From assembly GCA_003427395.1 (NCBI GenBank), contig BFEA01000004.1, positions 2,586,579 through 2,650,578 on the forward strand: DNA of 64,000 nt, in the 5' to 3' direction. A program made the position numbers and the translations under genes. The notes under the pieces are model-generated. The model did not search any database. It was given only the letters and a program-made list of their open reading frames with translations, and was not told the origin of the DNA. This document shows positions 61,762 through 64,000 of this stretch, piece by piece (position 1 is the first letter of the stretch; the number at the start of each line of letters is the position of its first letter). Source of the DNA: Chara braunii (taxonomy: Eukaryota; Plantae; Charophyceae).

Positions 61762-64000
61762 AGGGGAATAAGTATGTGACAATCATTTCTCACTATCACA
61801 GTGAGACTCCTCACAACCATATATATATGTGTGTTCGTAGGCAGTCAAATCCAAAATCCGAGCCACAGAACATACCTGCAATCACATCAAAGAGTCAACA
61901 AAAAGTTCATGCACTACACGGAGTCAACTTCAACCAAGTTCTATACTCATACCCCTCGCTTTAGCCATGTAAGCTCAACCCTTGTCTAACCAACCATAAT
62001 TAAATACTCAGTACCTTTGTTAAATGGTCATTCAATAAAAGTCCGGGTGAAAACCTTAATGAAACAACGAAGATCACCAGGGCTGAAGCCTTTTAGGTTG
62101 AGTATTGAGGGTGAATTGGAGTTGAATCGTAAACCGACGGATCGGCAATTGACATGTTATCAGTGATAACAGAAGGTGATCCTTGTAGGATCAAGCTGAA
62201 TCTAGTCTTGATTTTGAATCAAATGTTCAAGAGGACGTGTAACACAAGACAAACCAATTCCCTAGCTAAGTCTATGAGTCCAAATCAAGGGTAATCTTCA
62301 TATCACGATCTCATTTAGAATCATTCTACTTTAACTAAATCCGGGTCTACCCCTAAGTCAATGCCTAAATGAAAAGGTAGATCTTTGACAGAATCTCCTC
62401 TATGCAAAGTGGATTGTCAGAACTGCCACCTGTCAAAATATAATTAAACTGCTCTAAACTAAGAAAATTTCGGCAGCGCTTTCCGTAGGAAAACTGTCTT
62501 CGCATAATTTATAATACCTCAAATATATATAAAAAAAACATTCTCTAACTCTGGAAAATCAAAATTTGTCTAACTCCCTGAATTAGTAAAAATTTGGGCA
62601 GCACTCCCTTTAGAACGGTAGACTTCCTTGATTTATACTAAGTCAGACATAAACTCAGTAACAAGACTTGAGTTCAACTTAGGCAAATTTCAACTAACTC
62701 CTTAGATTTGTAGAAATTCCAGCAGTGCTTCCCATAGAGAAAGTGTTATTCCAAGATTTATACAAAGCTAAGTTTAGAAAAAACAAATGACTTTGACTTC
62801 TCAATGTCTAATTTTGTCCAACTCCCTGAATTAGCAAAAATTTGGGCAGCACTCCCTTTAGAAAATGAGGCTTTCCAGATTTTTACTAAGGCAAAAAGTC
62901 AGAAAACATGGACCATGAAAAAGACAAAATCTGACTAACTCCTTGGTTTTGTAGAAATTTCGGCAGCGCTTCCCATAGAGAAAGTAGCTTACAAAAATTT
63001 ATACAAAACCAAGTACAAGTAAAAGATTCCCGAAAATGCAGAAATAAACCTAAGGAAAAATAAACTTAGCTCAGGAAAAGCAGGAATTGAAACTAAGTCT
63101 TATGGCTCTAACACGCAGCGAACAACTAAAACAACTACCTATCAAACTGAAACTAAGTAGCAGTCACACTCAGTCTCTAAGTACTCTCACCATTCCAAGG
63201 TCAATCTTATCAAACAATAGTTCGTAACCTTTCAATGATTTATGCTCTTATACCCTGCTTACAAAAGGCATAAAGCTAGGCCACCCAAACTTATGGGAAC
63301 CTGCCTAGCTCAGCCAGAATACACACAAACACATGACACAACAACTTTTCTCTTCTTTGGGCACATGACTAGTCCACCCTAGTCGCCCTGAACTGTTTAA
63401 GTATCTAAATTATATATAACTGTTTGTCCTTCGTCTTATAAGGTAGCATATGACTGAACCGATCAACTTACCACAAGTTTATTCTTAATTAATACTCTCT
63501 TCAGTTATGATAAGCTATAGTCAGACCATCCAAACTTATGAAAAAATGTCTGACTAGCCTGTTCATAAGTAAGATAATATAAAATATAATCAAGTTTTAC
63601 TTTCTTATTGTAGCATGTGTGTGGCTTCAGACCAGTCCTCCCAAACTTATGGGACCGTGTCCGGTCTGTCGCCAAAATCTTCCCTCATAATGAAACAAAG
63701 AGGGTCAGAGTCATCCAAACTTATGGAAAAATGTTCAACCCTCCTTCAGAAACCAAATAACCATATAGAAAACCCAAAAGAAAAAAAAGGCGGCCAAGTC
63801 ATCCAAACTTATGAAAAAATGCTCGGTCCCTGAAAAGGCAATCACACTCAACCCTCGCAAGTCAAAGCAACCAGACCACCCAAACTTATGGAAAATTGTC
63901 TGGTCCTTCAGGCAATCCAACATAAACATAGCACTGAGCCCTCCAAACTTATAGAGATTCTCCCAGCCTTTGGTTGACCCAGTCAAACTTAGACAATATA
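60617..64000 (-). mobile_element. 3' (U5) end of a long LTR from a related Gypsy family, running out of the window
   Basis: Reverse complement of 60617-61160 aligns with 50915-51416 and ends CGCTCGACA like CGCTCAACA; no PBS follows; abuts a cut tRNA(CAU) NUMT; upstream extent inferred. Confidence 0.7.
62440..63010. repeat. Five diverged ~120-124 bp tandem units with alternating variants
   Basis: AAATTT(C/G)GGCAGC(G/A)CT motif at ~62466, 62590, 62714, 62838 and 62955. Confidence 0.8.

Overview
Repeat-rich eukaryotic nuclear DNA with several N-gaps. It is very probably a charophyte alga (Chara-like), judged from mitochondrial insertions carrying rpl14, intron-less nad7 and the 5' ends of group II introns at the rps3i74 and cobi274 positions. 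The only host gene I can support is the 3' part of an intron-rich SAPS/PPP6R-family gene (+ strand, exons ~12.8-22.6 kb). The rest is L1/Tx1-type LINE remnants, hAT-type non-autonomous elements with 8-bp TSDs, micro/minisatellites, mosaic NUMT clusters and a decayed Ty3/Gypsy element (45953-56882) with an apparently giant (~5.5 kb) 5' LTR. The main discoveries are non-coding RNAs. There are three copies of a type III hammerhead ribozyme: two in tandem inside the putative LTR that would release a 147-nt RNA, and one in sense orientation in a host intron. Next to the pair is a near-perfect 3' half of U6 snRNA with its ACAGAGA box replaced. A covarying RNA structure is shared by the U5 ends of two diverged LTRs. 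An untrimmed Nextera mate-pair junction adapter at 26698-26735 marks an assembly artifact.
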